From: Bacteroidales bacterium UBA6680
GTDB lineage: Bacteria; Bacteroidota; Bacteroidia; Bacteroidales; UBA6680
Direction: 5' to 3'
Assembly: GCA_002454955.1 (NCBI GenBank)
Contig: DKJY01000005.1
Coordinates: 3,784 to 67,783, forward strand
Length of the DNA: 64,000 nt
Shown here: one piece after another, positions 30,670-40,677 of the stretch
Numbering within the stretch: the first letter of the stretch is position 1
How the letters are laid out: the number at the start of each line of letters is the position of its first letter
Translations under genes and position numbers: made by a program
Notes under the pieces: model-generated
The model's input: the letters and a program-made list of their open reading frames with translations, nothing else
Database searches by the model: none
What the model was told of the DNA's origin: nothing

Positions 30670-32223
30670 TTATTTTATTTCAATCACTGCTGTCTTATTT
30701 CCTACCACAATATATTTACCATCTCCGTAAACGACACTTTTAAAGTTTCCATCTGCATCAACAGACTCTACTGTAGAAAAATCAAGGTCAGAAGATATAT
30801 ACACCTTTTTATCTTTCAGATATGTTCCTAATAGTACATAATTATTATTTATATAAGCCACTCCCTGAACAGAGATACTATTCTTTCTCATTGTCCAATC
30901 TATACCATCAGCAGATATACCTGTATATGTAGATCCTAACGATGCCGTAGCAATATATCCACTACTACCATATGCCACTTTACCAAATCTTGTATAATTA
31001 CTTTTGTCAATTGTTTTAAAAGACCAATCAGTACCATTTGTTGAATACCCTGCGCGACCATTATTACCTACCATAACAAATTTATCTGATCCGTAAACTA
31101 TACTATACCAAACATCGTCATTATAGTCACTCTTCAAAATAGTAACATTCATCATATCTGTTTTGTCTGACACACCAAATCTTGCGGCGCCCGATGTAAA
31201 AATATATTTTGAAGAATTAAAAGCTATACTATACCAATCTCTCTGTTCTGCAGTACTCTTTTTATCCCAATTCTTACCATCTGTTGAGGTTACTATAGCT
31301 CCATAATCACCAGATACAATAAACTTACTACCATCAAAAATCACCTTATGCCAAGAATCTCCTCCTGTCATAGATGCAACCTCTGTCCAGTTTATACCAT
31401 CTGTAGAGTAATTCAATGATCCTTTATCTTCGTTATTAAAAGAGTTACCATAGTATCCTACCGCAACAAAAATATTGTTACCAAATGCCACTGAATTAAG
31501 ATTTACACCATCACGTGGTACCTTTGAATAAGTCACTTTAGGTCCCGTTGTTGTTTGGCTCTGAGTTACTGTAATTGTAACCTTATCAACATCAGAATCA
31601 AGATTACCATCATTAACAATCAAATTAAAAACATATTCTCCTGCTGTATTAGGTGCTGTAAAATTAACTTTTACCTTATTAGGATCTGCAATTGCTACAT
31701 CTTCTGGATTACTACTCTCTGCACTCCATTTATATGTAAGATTATCGCCCTCCGGATCTGAAGAACCAGAACCATCAAGTTCAACCTTTTCACCAATATT
31801 AACAGTTATATCATTACCCGCATTAGCAACAGGTTTTGTATTAACCTTATTCTCTACAACCGATACTATAACATCATCAGATTTTGAATCTGCTTTACCA
31901 TCGTTTACAATAAGTGTAAAAGTATATGTTCCTTTTGTTACAGGAGCTGTAAAGGTTGGTTTTGCAGCATTATTTGCTGATAAATTAATGGCTATAGGAT
32001 TACCTGATGCAACAACCCATTTATAGGTCAATTTATCATTATCTTCGTCAGATGATGCTGATCCGTCAAGTGTAACTACATCTGATACCTTTACTGTTTG
32101 ATCTGTTCCGGCATTTGCAACTGGTATCTTATTAACCAGCTCTTTCTCCTCCTTATTATCTTTCTTACATGATACAAGTATGCACAATATTGCAAGTATC
32201 ATTAACCTTCCAATCTTAATCAT
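30670..32223 (-). CDS. Surface lipoprotein with two PKD-like Ig domains and a C-terminal beta-propeller-like repeat region
   Basis: Lipobox VSC followed by KKDNKEE; two PVANAG.D...LDGS.SSD..LTY.W repeats; S.DG.NW repeats. Confidence 0.85.
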   Translation of the reverse strand: MIKIGRLMILAILCILVSCKKDNKEEKELVNKIPVANAGTDQTVKVSDVVTLDGSASSDEDNDKLTYKWVVASGNPIAINLSANNAAKPTFTAPVTKGTYTFTLIVNDGKADSKSDDVIVSVVENKVNTKPVANAGNDITVNIGEKVELDGSGSSDPEGDNLTYKWSAESSNPEDVAIADPNKVKVNFTAPNTAGEYVFNLIVNDGNLDSDVDKVTITVTQSQTTTGPKVTYSKVPRDGVNLNSVAFGNNIFVAVGYYGNSFNNEDKGSLNYSTDGINWTEVASMTGGDSWHKVIFDGSKFIVSGDYGAIVTSTDGKNWDKKSTAEQRDWYSIAFNSSKYIFTSGAARFGVSDKTDMMNVTILKSDYNDDVWYSIVYGSDKFVMVGNNGRAGYSTNGTDWSFKTIDKSNYTRFGKVAYGSSGYIATASLGSTYTGISADGIDWTMRKNSISVQGVAYINNNYVLLGTYLKDKKVYISSDLDFSTVESVDADGNFKSVVYGDGKYIVVGNKTAVIEIK

Positions 32224-32422
32224 ACGCTTCCTTTTTAATTAATAAATATTTCGGATTATTTTAGTGTTTATATTTTTAGTGAGGAAGCAAATATATACGT
32301 ATAACACTATTGCTGTGATGTTTATAACATAGTAAAACCACAGCATTCACATAGCATTTACTATGCAAAGAAATAATATCAGAAGAAAAATATCAGCAAA
32401 ACTTACTGATTATCAAGATTAA

Positions 32423-33442
32423 TTAATCAAACAATGTATTTCCAGTTGCTCTGTTTATCTTTAGATGTTTATATGCAAAATCAGTTACCTCTCTACCACG
32501 AGGCGTACGATGAATAAATCCCTCTTTTACAAGAAAAGGTTCATATACCTCTTCAAGAGTTCCAGGATCTTCACCAATAGCTGTTGCAATTGTCGATATA
32601 CCAACTGGTCCACCTTTAAACTTATTAATAATTGTGGTCAAAATCTTATTATCCATCTCATCTAAACCACTCTTATCAATGTTTAACGCATCTAAACCAT
32701 ACAGGGTAATATCCATATCTATAGTACCATTACCTTTTACCTGTGCAAAATCCCTAACACGTCGTAAAAGAGCATTTGCAATACGAGGAGTTCCGCGGCT
32801 ACGCGAAGCAATCTCAACTGATGCCTGAGAGGTTATTTTAACCTTTAAAATAGAGGCTGATCTGGTAATAATTTTACTTAAAATATCAGTATCATAATAC
32901 TCAAGATGTGAGTTTATACCAAATCTTGCTCTTAAAGGACTGGTAAGCAAACCAGAACGAGTTGTTGCTCCAATTAGCGTAAACGGATTAAGGGTTAACT
33001 GCACACTTCTTGCAGCAGCTCCTTTATCTATCATTATATCAATAGTATAATCCTCCATTGCAGAATAAAGATATTCCTCAACAACCGGACTCAAACGATG
33101 TATCTCATCAATAAACAGTACATCACCCTCTTCAAGATTAGTCAATAATCCGGCTAAATCGCCAGGTTTATCAAGCACAGGACCAGATGTAAGCTTAAGA
33201 TTAACTCCCAGCTCATTAGCAATAATATTAGCCAAAGTAGTTTTCCCAAGACCAGGAGGTCCGTGTAACAAAACATGATCAAGTGTTTCGCTACGCATTC
33301 TAGCAGCCTGAACAAAAATCTCAAGATTATCAACAATCTTTTTTTGCCCGCTAAAATCAGAGAAATTAAGAGGGCGTAATTTCCTCTCAAACTCTTTATC
33401 ACTGTTCTCTAACTCGTTATCTCTAATATCAAATTCGCTCAT
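32423..33442 (-). CDS. ruvB: Holliday junction branch migration helicase RuvB
   Basis: [32 protein letters not shown]. Confidence 0.99.
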   Translation of the reverse strand: MSEFDIRDNELENSDKEFERKLRPLNFSDFSGQKKIVDNLEIFVQAARMRSETLDHVLLHGPPGLGKTTLANIIANELGVNLKLTSGPVLDKPGDLAGLLTNLEEGDVLFIDEIHRLSPVVEEYLYSAMEDYTIDIMIDKGAAARSVQLTLNPFTLIGATTRSGLLTSPLRARFGINSHLEYYDTDILSKIITRSASILKVKITSQASVEIASRSRGTPRIANALLRRVRDFAQVKGNGTIDMDITLYGLDALNIDKSGLDEMDNKILTTIINKFKGGPVGISTIATAIGEDPGTLEEVYEPFLVKEGFIHRTPRGREVTDFAYKHLKINRATGNTLFD

Positions 33443-33656
33443 AGCACTCTGTTAACCCAACACAAATATAGAGATTAATATTTTCAGAACATCCGGTTAT
33501 TAACATAATGAATAAACACTATGTTGACAAATGAAGTTAACATATAAAAACATTAATTTTCAATACTATTCACTCTTTATATAAACACATATAAACAGAA
33601 AAGCCACCTATATTAACAGGTGGCTTCATATATTTATTAATAAGTATAAGGTATCT

Positions 33657-34661
33657 CTACTTTATTTTTAATCTGTCAGAAATTTCAAGCATAGCATCAA
33701 TAGATTTCTTTGCCTGAAGTCTTAAATCCTCATCCATATTAATTACAGGTAATTCATATTTTAACGAGTTGTAAATTTTCTCAAGAGTAATAACTTTCAT
33801 GAAGTTACAATCATTACAACCACACGTAGAATCTTTAGGAGGAGCAGGAATAAACAACTTATCAGGACTAGCTTTTTTCATCTGATGTATTATTCCACTC
33901 TCTGTAGCAATGATAAACTCATTACACGAATCAGTTTTTGAATAATTCAATAGAGCAGATGTAGACCCAATATGATCGGCTATAATTCTAATCGGCTTTT
34001 CGCACTCAGGATGAACTAAAACTTTAGCATTCGGATGCTCTTTTTTCAGATCGAGAATAGCTTCAAGCGAAAACTCCTCATGAACATGACAAGCTCCATC
34101 CCAAATAACCATATCCTCTCTTCCTGTTTGTGTTTTGATGTAATTTCCAAGGTTTCTATCCGGTCCAAAGAGTATTTTCTGATCCTCTGGTAAATCATTA
34201 ATAATCTCAAGCGCATTTGACGATGTACAGATAATATCTGTTAAAGCCTTAATCTTTGCAGTTGTATTCACATATGAAACAACAACGTGATCTGGATGCT
34301 CATTAACAAATTTTTCAAACTCATCTGGCGGACAACTATCAGCCAAAGAGCAACCAGCATTCAGATCAGGAATAATGACCGTTCTGTTCGGATTTAAAAT
34401 TTTTGCTGTTTCAGCCATAAAGTGAACTCCGGCAAACAAAATAATATCAGCTTCCGCTTTGGCAGCAATACGAGCTAACTGAAGGCTGTCGCCAATATGA
34501 TCAGCAATATCCTGAATTTCTCCGTCCTGATAAAAGTGAGCAAGAATAACAGCATTCTTCTCCTTTTTAAGTTTTAGAATTTCGTCTCTCAGATTTATTC
34601 CTTTTTCAATTTCTGCATTAACGAACCCCTCTTTCAGAATATCTTCTTTCCCTATTTTCAT
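33657..34661 (-). CDS. nadA: Quinolinate synthase A
   Basis: [35 protein letters not shown]. Confidence 0.98.
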   Translation of the reverse strand: MKIGKEDILKEGFVNAEIEKGINLRDEILKLKKEKNAVILAHFYQDGEIQDIADHIGDSLQLARIAAKAEADIILFAGVHFMAETAKILNPNRTVIIPDLNAGCSLADSCPPDEFEKFVNEHPDHVVVSYVNTTAKIKALTDIICTSSNALEIINDLPEDQKILFGPDRNLGNYIKTQTGREDMVIWDGACHVHEEFSLEAILDLKKEHPNAKVLVHPECEKPIRIIADHIGSTSALLNYSKTDSCNEFIIATESGIIHQMKKASPDKLFIPAPPKDSTCGCNDCNFMKVITLEKIYNSLKYELPVINMDEDLRLQAKKSIDAMLEISDRLKIK

Positions 34662-36914
34662 TTTATAATTATTAAATAAAAGAATTTAAAAAATAATATA
34701 TAGTTATTATAATAGCCTGTTGATAGCGTTAACTTATTTTTAATTTTTCTTTTGTTTTTATCGTTATTAAGATTTAAAAAACTCCTTTTCAACATATCGT
34801 ATGTTTTTAATATGTTGAGCTACAAATGTAATATATGTTTTTTCAACATCTGTTAATTATGGTTGTTAAATTACATTAAAAGCTGTCAATAGTCAGTTTT
34901 TTGTTGAAAAGCTGTATACTTCTTTGTTTACATTTTTTATAAAAATTGTTTGCAGCAAATGGTATAAATATGCATGAATAATTATTCGAATAATACAAGT
35001 ACAAGTTTTAAAATTCATTAAAAATGAATCAACATATTATTACGTACTTGTTCATCTATTAGTAACAATTAGTGTATATGTTAATATATAGTAAATAACC
35101 TATTTATAATTCATTTTTAGTATATTCAATCATCTTAAAAACAGATAATTAATAGTAATGTGTAAATTGTTAATAGTTGTTAATTGTTCTAACGTTATCA
35201 ACATAAATTTATGGCTAATACTGAGTCAAATTTATTGATACCTATAATTAACATTTAATTTTTATTTACTACTTATTCATTTACAGTTATTTATAATTGC
35301 TATGTATTTAATAAATACTGCTATTAACATGACTATTTAACTCTTTTTTTACTTGATTATTAAGTATTTATGAATTAGATGAATTTTGACGAATAATTAT
35401 GAGGTATTTAAGATATTTCTTATCCTCTTATTATTAATGTATTACATTTTATTAATATGTTTATATTGTATATTTATACAGACTTAAGATATTTGTTATC
35501 AGCTATATATTAGAAATCAATATTCTAAAACTCTTATATTAACACAGAATTCTCTTTTTATATCTGTTGCTAAAGTATTGATATATAGGTATAGTATTTT
35601 TCAAACTGGTATTTTGTTATTTTTCTATGAACACTGTAAACTGCTGATTTTCTGTAAAGGTTTATGTTCTTTGTTATTATTACTTAATATCATTTTACTT
35701 GTTCTGATTATCATTCTTCTAATATCTTTTTTAAAACTCAAATAATAATTGTGCTTTCAGAAAATGTAAATTTATACATGTTATTAACTAACTATGTTGG
35801 TAAACCAATACTATCTGTTGATATTGTATTTTCAATAATATTATAGTAATTGTATTTTGTAATTGAAGAGTCTTATAAGTAATATCTTATGACTTTATTA
35901 GTATAATTAACAACTATTGATATTGTGTTGTGAACAATTTGAGATTTTGTTTAAATCGGCCGTTAATTATGTTAAGGATTAAGATCAATGTAAGTGGCTG
36001 TAATTCTGTATTTAGTATTATTATATTGTCAACAATAGTTTATAAAATGTTTGTTATTTGTTAATAGTAGTTATACTATTTATTTTATATCTGTTTATAA
36101 TTCTCTGATATTGATAATTACAGTTTCTTATCTTATTAACATATAGTGATAACTATATATCAACTTTTGATAATATTGTTGATACTAGCGGATTTTCGAA
36201 AAATGAAAAGCTTTATCTCCCCATTTATAACTGTTTATCGCTATAAAATAGTGTTGATATCAGTTTAAAATAATCTGTTTATGAATCTAATTATGTTTAT
36301 TTCTTATTAAAAATATGTTTATAGCTATAATATCTATCCTTATTAACACTCTACTATCTTATGATTTTCTGATTATTGACTGTAATTAACAATATTTGAT
36401 AAGTATATATTAACAATTTTATAAAATTGTTAATACACGAGTATGATATAATTGATTGATATTCAGTGTTAAATCTAATATTTGAAATTGATTAAATATC
36501 TATATTTTGTTTAAAACATATTAGAATAATGTTGATAGTATAAATAGTTTTATACTAAACTGCTTTATAAAAGTAATTTATGTATCAATATTGTTTGATA
36601 ACAAATAATAAACAATATTGAATTTATGTTGAAATCTGAGGTTATTAACCTTGTTTGTATCTACTGATAGATTTGATTTGCGAAAAGTGTTAATTAAGAT
36701 ATTATCACAAGCTGTTTATATCAATTAAAGATATTAATACGTTATCCTTGTATAAAAGTATAAATATGTATAACCATATTATATTTATCACGTACAAGCT
36801 AAGGTGATAACTATTACCAATTTAACCCGATTGGTGATATTAATAAATAGACAAATACAACATATCTGATATTTGTAAGGGGGTAGAATTGGTAAAAGAT
36901 TATATTGTTTAATT
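34662..36914. other. Putative chromosomal replication origin (oriC) region
   Basis: 2.25 kb with no ORF, very AT-rich, many DnaA-box-like 9-mers (TTATCAACA at 35195, TTATTAACA at 36134 and 36339, TGTTGATA(G/T/C) at ~34718, 35816, 36177, 36253, 36530); by eye the + strand switches from C-rich to G/T-rich across it. Confidence 0.55.
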
Positions 36915-37355
36915 ATGGCAGTACGTCAGGTGTTGAAACAGGGGCATATGCTTCTAAAAGAGAAATGTAATGAGGTTGACAGGGTTGATAGTTCTGTAGC
37001 GTTGGTAATTGAAGATTTACGTGATACATTAACGCTTTTTCAGAAAGAGAGAAAGGGTGATTATGCAATTAGTGCTCCGCAAATAGGTTATCCATTCCGG
37101 ATAATATACTATCAAGATCCGTTACGTTCGTTTACGCTTATTAATCCTGAAATTATATGGAAAAGCCAAGAGATTGTTGATACCGTAGAGGTCTGTTGTA
37201 CATGTAACTCTATAACTAAAAAAAAGGTTAAAAGGCATAAATTAATACGAATTCAGTACTCTGATGAACATGGAAATGAGTTTATAGAGAAATTTATAAA
37301 TGAGTTGGCTTTTACGCTTCAGCATAAGATAGAACATCTTGACGGAAGGATATAA
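36915..37355 (+). CDS. Peptide deformylase-like protein with degenerate catalytic motifs
   Basis: AISAPQIG, INPEI, EVCCT (canonical EGCLS), QHKIEHLDG (canonical QHExDHLxG). Confidence 0.8.
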   Translation: MAVRQVLKQGHMLLKEKCNEVDRVDSSVALVIEDLRDTLTLFQKERKGDYAISAPQIGYPFRIIYYQDPLRSFTLINPEIIWKSQEIVDTVEVCCTCNSITKKKVKRHKLIRIQYSDEHGNEFIEKFINELAFTLQHKIEHLDGRI

Positions 37356-37388
37356 AAAAGGTCAGTTTTAATTAAAAACCGACCTTTA
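37356..37388. terminator. Bidirectional terminator between convergent genes
   Basis: aaaggtcagttttt-aatt-aaaaaccgaccttt. Confidence 0.7.
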
Positions 37389-37413
37389 TTTACTGAACCT
37401 ACTTAAAATAGTA

Positions 37414-39798
37414 TTACAAAAGATTTCCGATTACTAAACCGAATGATATGGTACGTGGACGTGTTGGTCCGTAAGTATATCCTGCATCTCTGTTTTCTCC
37501 TCTGTCAAAGTCGTTCTGGAATGAGTTAAACACATTTGTAACTCCTGCATTAAGTTGCATTTTAAGCGATTTAGATACCTTTATATCATAAAAGAATCTT
37601 ACACCACCATCAAAGAAACTTTGGGTCTTAACAAGTTTCTCTCCAGCCTCACCTAAGTATGGTGCATACATAGGACCTGTGAAATTACCAGTAATTGCAG
37701 TTTTGAATTTTGGAGTTATGTTAACGTTTGTTACAAAGTAACCATACACATTTGGAGATCTTAACATCTTATCTGTGAATTGCTCTGTTGCTTCACTCCA
37801 TTGGTATGCTTTCTCGTATTTACTATTCTGGAATGTCCATCCTGTCTGGAATGATAATCTGTTTGATGGAGCAGCTTTAAATTCAGTATTAATACCTGCC
37901 ACCTTAGCATTAGGACCATTTAAACGAGTAGATGTCATTACACCGTCAACAATATCAGAATATTCGTTTACAAAAGGATCATTAAGATATGTGTAGAATC
38001 CTTCGATAAGAAGAGATGTCTGCCATTTACCAAAAGTACGATTTAAATCAACAGAACCAGAGAAACTGTGTGATGTCTCCTCTTTTAGGCTTGGATCATT
38101 TACGTGTATAATTCTTCTTGCTTCGTTAGCAGCAATATGTAAGTCCTCATCAAATATCTGCGGTGCCCTGTAACCTTTAGCATAAGTTAAACGCATCTGC
38201 ATCCAGTGTGTAATATCAACCAGAACATTTGCTCTTGGAATAACAACAGTATTACTATTTTTTTCTCCTGTCTCTTTATTCTTTATGTTGTAGTTATCAA
38301 CCCTTAAACCAACAAGAAATTTTACATGTTTCATATTCCACTGATTCTGAATAAATGAACCAAATGTATTTGTTGATTGATCTGCAATATTACTAACCTT
38401 ATATACCTTTTCTGTAATATTTGTTACCTTATTTAACTCTTCTAATATCTGTTTATTATCATCAAGGTTTCCATACGTATTGTCAATACCTAACATGAAT
38501 GTTGAAGGAGCAAACAGGAATTTGTCGAATTTAGTAGAGAAGTGTGCACCACCGTTAAATGTAAGGTTATCTGTTATACCATATGCATTTGGATCTTGTC
38601 CGGCACCATAGTAACTTTTTCTGTCAATATGCTCTGCTGCAATGTAAGTAGATAATTTTGTCTCTCTTTTAGAGTTAAAGAAAGCATCAAACTGTAAACT
38701 ACCTGAGTTTATTTTATGATCTACCATCTCTGCAATGCTTGCAAAGTGTTCTTTTTTATCAAAATCGTTACCACCTCTACGATACTCGTTAATGTTGTGG
38801 TACTCTAATGTTAATTTAGTTAACTGAGTTGGTTTATAGAATGTTTGGAAACCAACAGACGAGTTTTTAAGATCAGCAATCTCTGAATAACCATCATTGT
38901 TTGCATCATAATGCTTTCTGTCGCGCTTAGCACCAAATACAAACAGACCCGATTTCTGGTCGTCAGCAACAATAGTACCGTTGAACATTATATTTGATTC
39001 TCCGGCAACATCATCGCCATCAGCACCTACACCAATCATATCGTATGTAGTGTTTACCTTAAACGAATTGTTTATAGGGTCTTTAGTAATAATATTTATA
39101 GTTCCGGCAATAGCGTTACCACCATAAAGAGCCGATCCGCCACCACGAACAACCTCAACCCTCTCAATCATGTTTGATGGTATCTGCTCAAGTCCGTAAA
39201 CTCCTGCAAGACCACTTGAAATAGGCTTACTATTAATAAGCATCTGTGTGTAAGGACCACTAAGTCCGTTCATTCTAACCTGAGTAAAACCACAGTTCTG
39301 ACAGTTGTTCTCAACACGTAATCCTGTTGCAAACTTTATACCCTCAGAAAGTGCAGGAGCAGCAGTAACCTCAAACATCTTTGGCGATATTGCAGAAACA
39401 ACTACTGTAGCATCCTTACGGCTAACCTCATTTCTGTCGGCTGTTACTACAACCTCATTAATACCAATAACGTCTTCGTTAAGATCAAAATTAAGTTCAA
39501 GTGTTTGTCCTTCTATAACCTCAACTGTTTTTTTTGTTGGTATGTAACCAACTGCTGATACTATTATTGTATACTCTCCCGGATCAAGTCCTTTCATAAA
39601 GTAGTGACCAGTGTCGTCAGTTGTTGTACCTAACGATGTTCCTTCAATGGCTATAGTTACATACGGAAGGTGCTCTCCACCAGATGTAACGTGACCTACA
39701 ATGTTAATGTCTTTTCCGATCGGATTTGCCGGAATGTCTGCAACAGCTGATAGATACGCAACTGTGCAAAGTAGAATTAAAGATAATACTCTTTTCAT
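37414..39798 (-). CDS. TonB-dependent receptor with N-terminal carboxypeptidase-regulatory-like domain and a CQNC plug motif (copy 1)
   Basis: Signal peptide, GTTTD..G.Y, EVVVTA, IERVEVVRGGGSALYG..A..G.INIITK. Confidence 0.95.
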   Translation of the reverse strand: MKRVLSLILLCTVAYLSAVADIPANPIGKDINIVGHVTSGGEHLPYVTIAIEGTSLGTTTDDTGHYFMKGLDPGEYTIIVSAVGYIPTKKTVEVIEGQTLELNFDLNEDVIGINEVVVTADRNEVSRKDATVVVSAISPKMFEVTAAPALSEGIKFATGLRVENNCQNCGFTQVRMNGLSGPYTQMLINSKPISSGLAGVYGLEQIPSNMIERVEVVRGGGSALYGGNAIAGTINIITKDPINNSFKVNTTYDMIGVGADGDDVAGESNIMFNGTIVADDQKSGLFVFGAKRDRKHYDANNDGYSEIADLKNSSVGFQTFYKPTQLTKLTLEYHNINEYRRGGNDFDKKEHFASIAEMVDHKINSGSLQFDAFFNSKRETKLSTYIAAEHIDRKSYYGAGQDPNAYGITDNLTFNGGAHFSTKFDKFLFAPSTFMLGIDNTYGNLDDNKQILEELNKVTNITEKVYKVSNIADQSTNTFGSFIQNQWNMKHVKFLVGLRVDNYNIKNKETGEKNSNTVVIPRANVLVDITHWMQMRLTYAKGYRAPQIFDEDLHIAANEARRIIHVNDPSLKEETSHSFSGSVDLNRTFGKWQTSLLIEGFYTYLNDPFVNEYSDIVDGVMTSTRLNGPNAKVAGINTEFKAAPSNRLSFQTGWTFQNSKYEKAYQWSEATEQFTDKMLRSPNVYGYFVTNVNITPKFKTAITGNFTGPMYAPYLGEAGEKLVKTQSFFDGGVRFFYDIKVSKSLKMQLNAGVTNVFNSFQNDFDRGENRDAGYTYGPTRPRTISFGLVIGNLL

Positions 39799-39993
39799 GT
39801 TTGTTATATATGTTTCAATTTACTTATCTGTAAGTATATATCTATTATCTAAATGATAGATATAAGCACACCTGCACTAGTAAACTAGTAATAAGTGATT
39901 TAAGGATGATTTTGCCATAGGCATATAGACGTACGCAAATAGTTGCTATCTGTTAGTTTAAAGCAGAAAGAAAAAATGATTTTACGTACTAAT

Positions 39994-40374
39994 TTAGAAA
40001 ACCGGAGGACCCCGGTAAGATGATGTAGATAAATGATATTGCCTTTTTATAACCTGAATATTTACATACAGATTATAACCTTCTCTTTTAAAGAGCAGAA
40101 TATTAAAAGCAAATAGAAATATTGTTGTAACAAGCAGAAACTGCGATATCATAGATATAATATCAAACTCCTTGTTTTTATGTGAATGATCTGCCTTGTT
40201 GCTATCTTGAGCTTCGGTCTTACACATAGTTTTAAACGGATGTGCATGTACTACAATAGTACCATCATCAAGGATATGTGTATGTGTATTCACAGTTGCG
40301 TTGAAGACCAAAAGAAGTGTGGCTATCATCACAATTGGAAGTAAAACACTATTTATTTTCCTCAGAATGTTCAT
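39994..40374 (-). CDS. His-rich small membrane protein ending in RGPP (putative arrest-peptide leader, copy 1)
   Basis: Two hydrophobic segments, HTH...HAHP...HSH, C-terminus SYRGPPVF; directly upstream of a TonB receptor. Confidence 0.8.
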   Translation of the reverse strand: MNILRKINSVLLPIVMIATLLLVFNATVNTHTHILDDGTIVVHAHPFKTMCKTEAQDSNKADHSHKNKEFDIISMISQFLLVTTIFLFAFNILLFKREGYNLYVNIQVIKRQYHLSTSSYRGPPVF

Positions 40375-40677
40375 TATCCGTTTTTCTAGAATGCAAACAT
40401 ATGTAAAGTTATTACAATAACAAACCCCACATAGGTGTGATTTTTAATGATAGATGATATTAAATGATAAATGTTTAAAAAATGTTGAGAAAAAATCTAT
40501 TCTTTCTGCATGTATAGAGCATTATGATGTGATTCATATAAAGATGCATTATTATATTTATCGTTACCCTTTGCATGAACTTATACCATTTATTGGTTAC
40601 TGTTGTTTATAGAAAAAAGAATGGCTGCTCTAAAAACAGATAGAACAGCCATAAGTATAATTAAAGATTAGTATATC

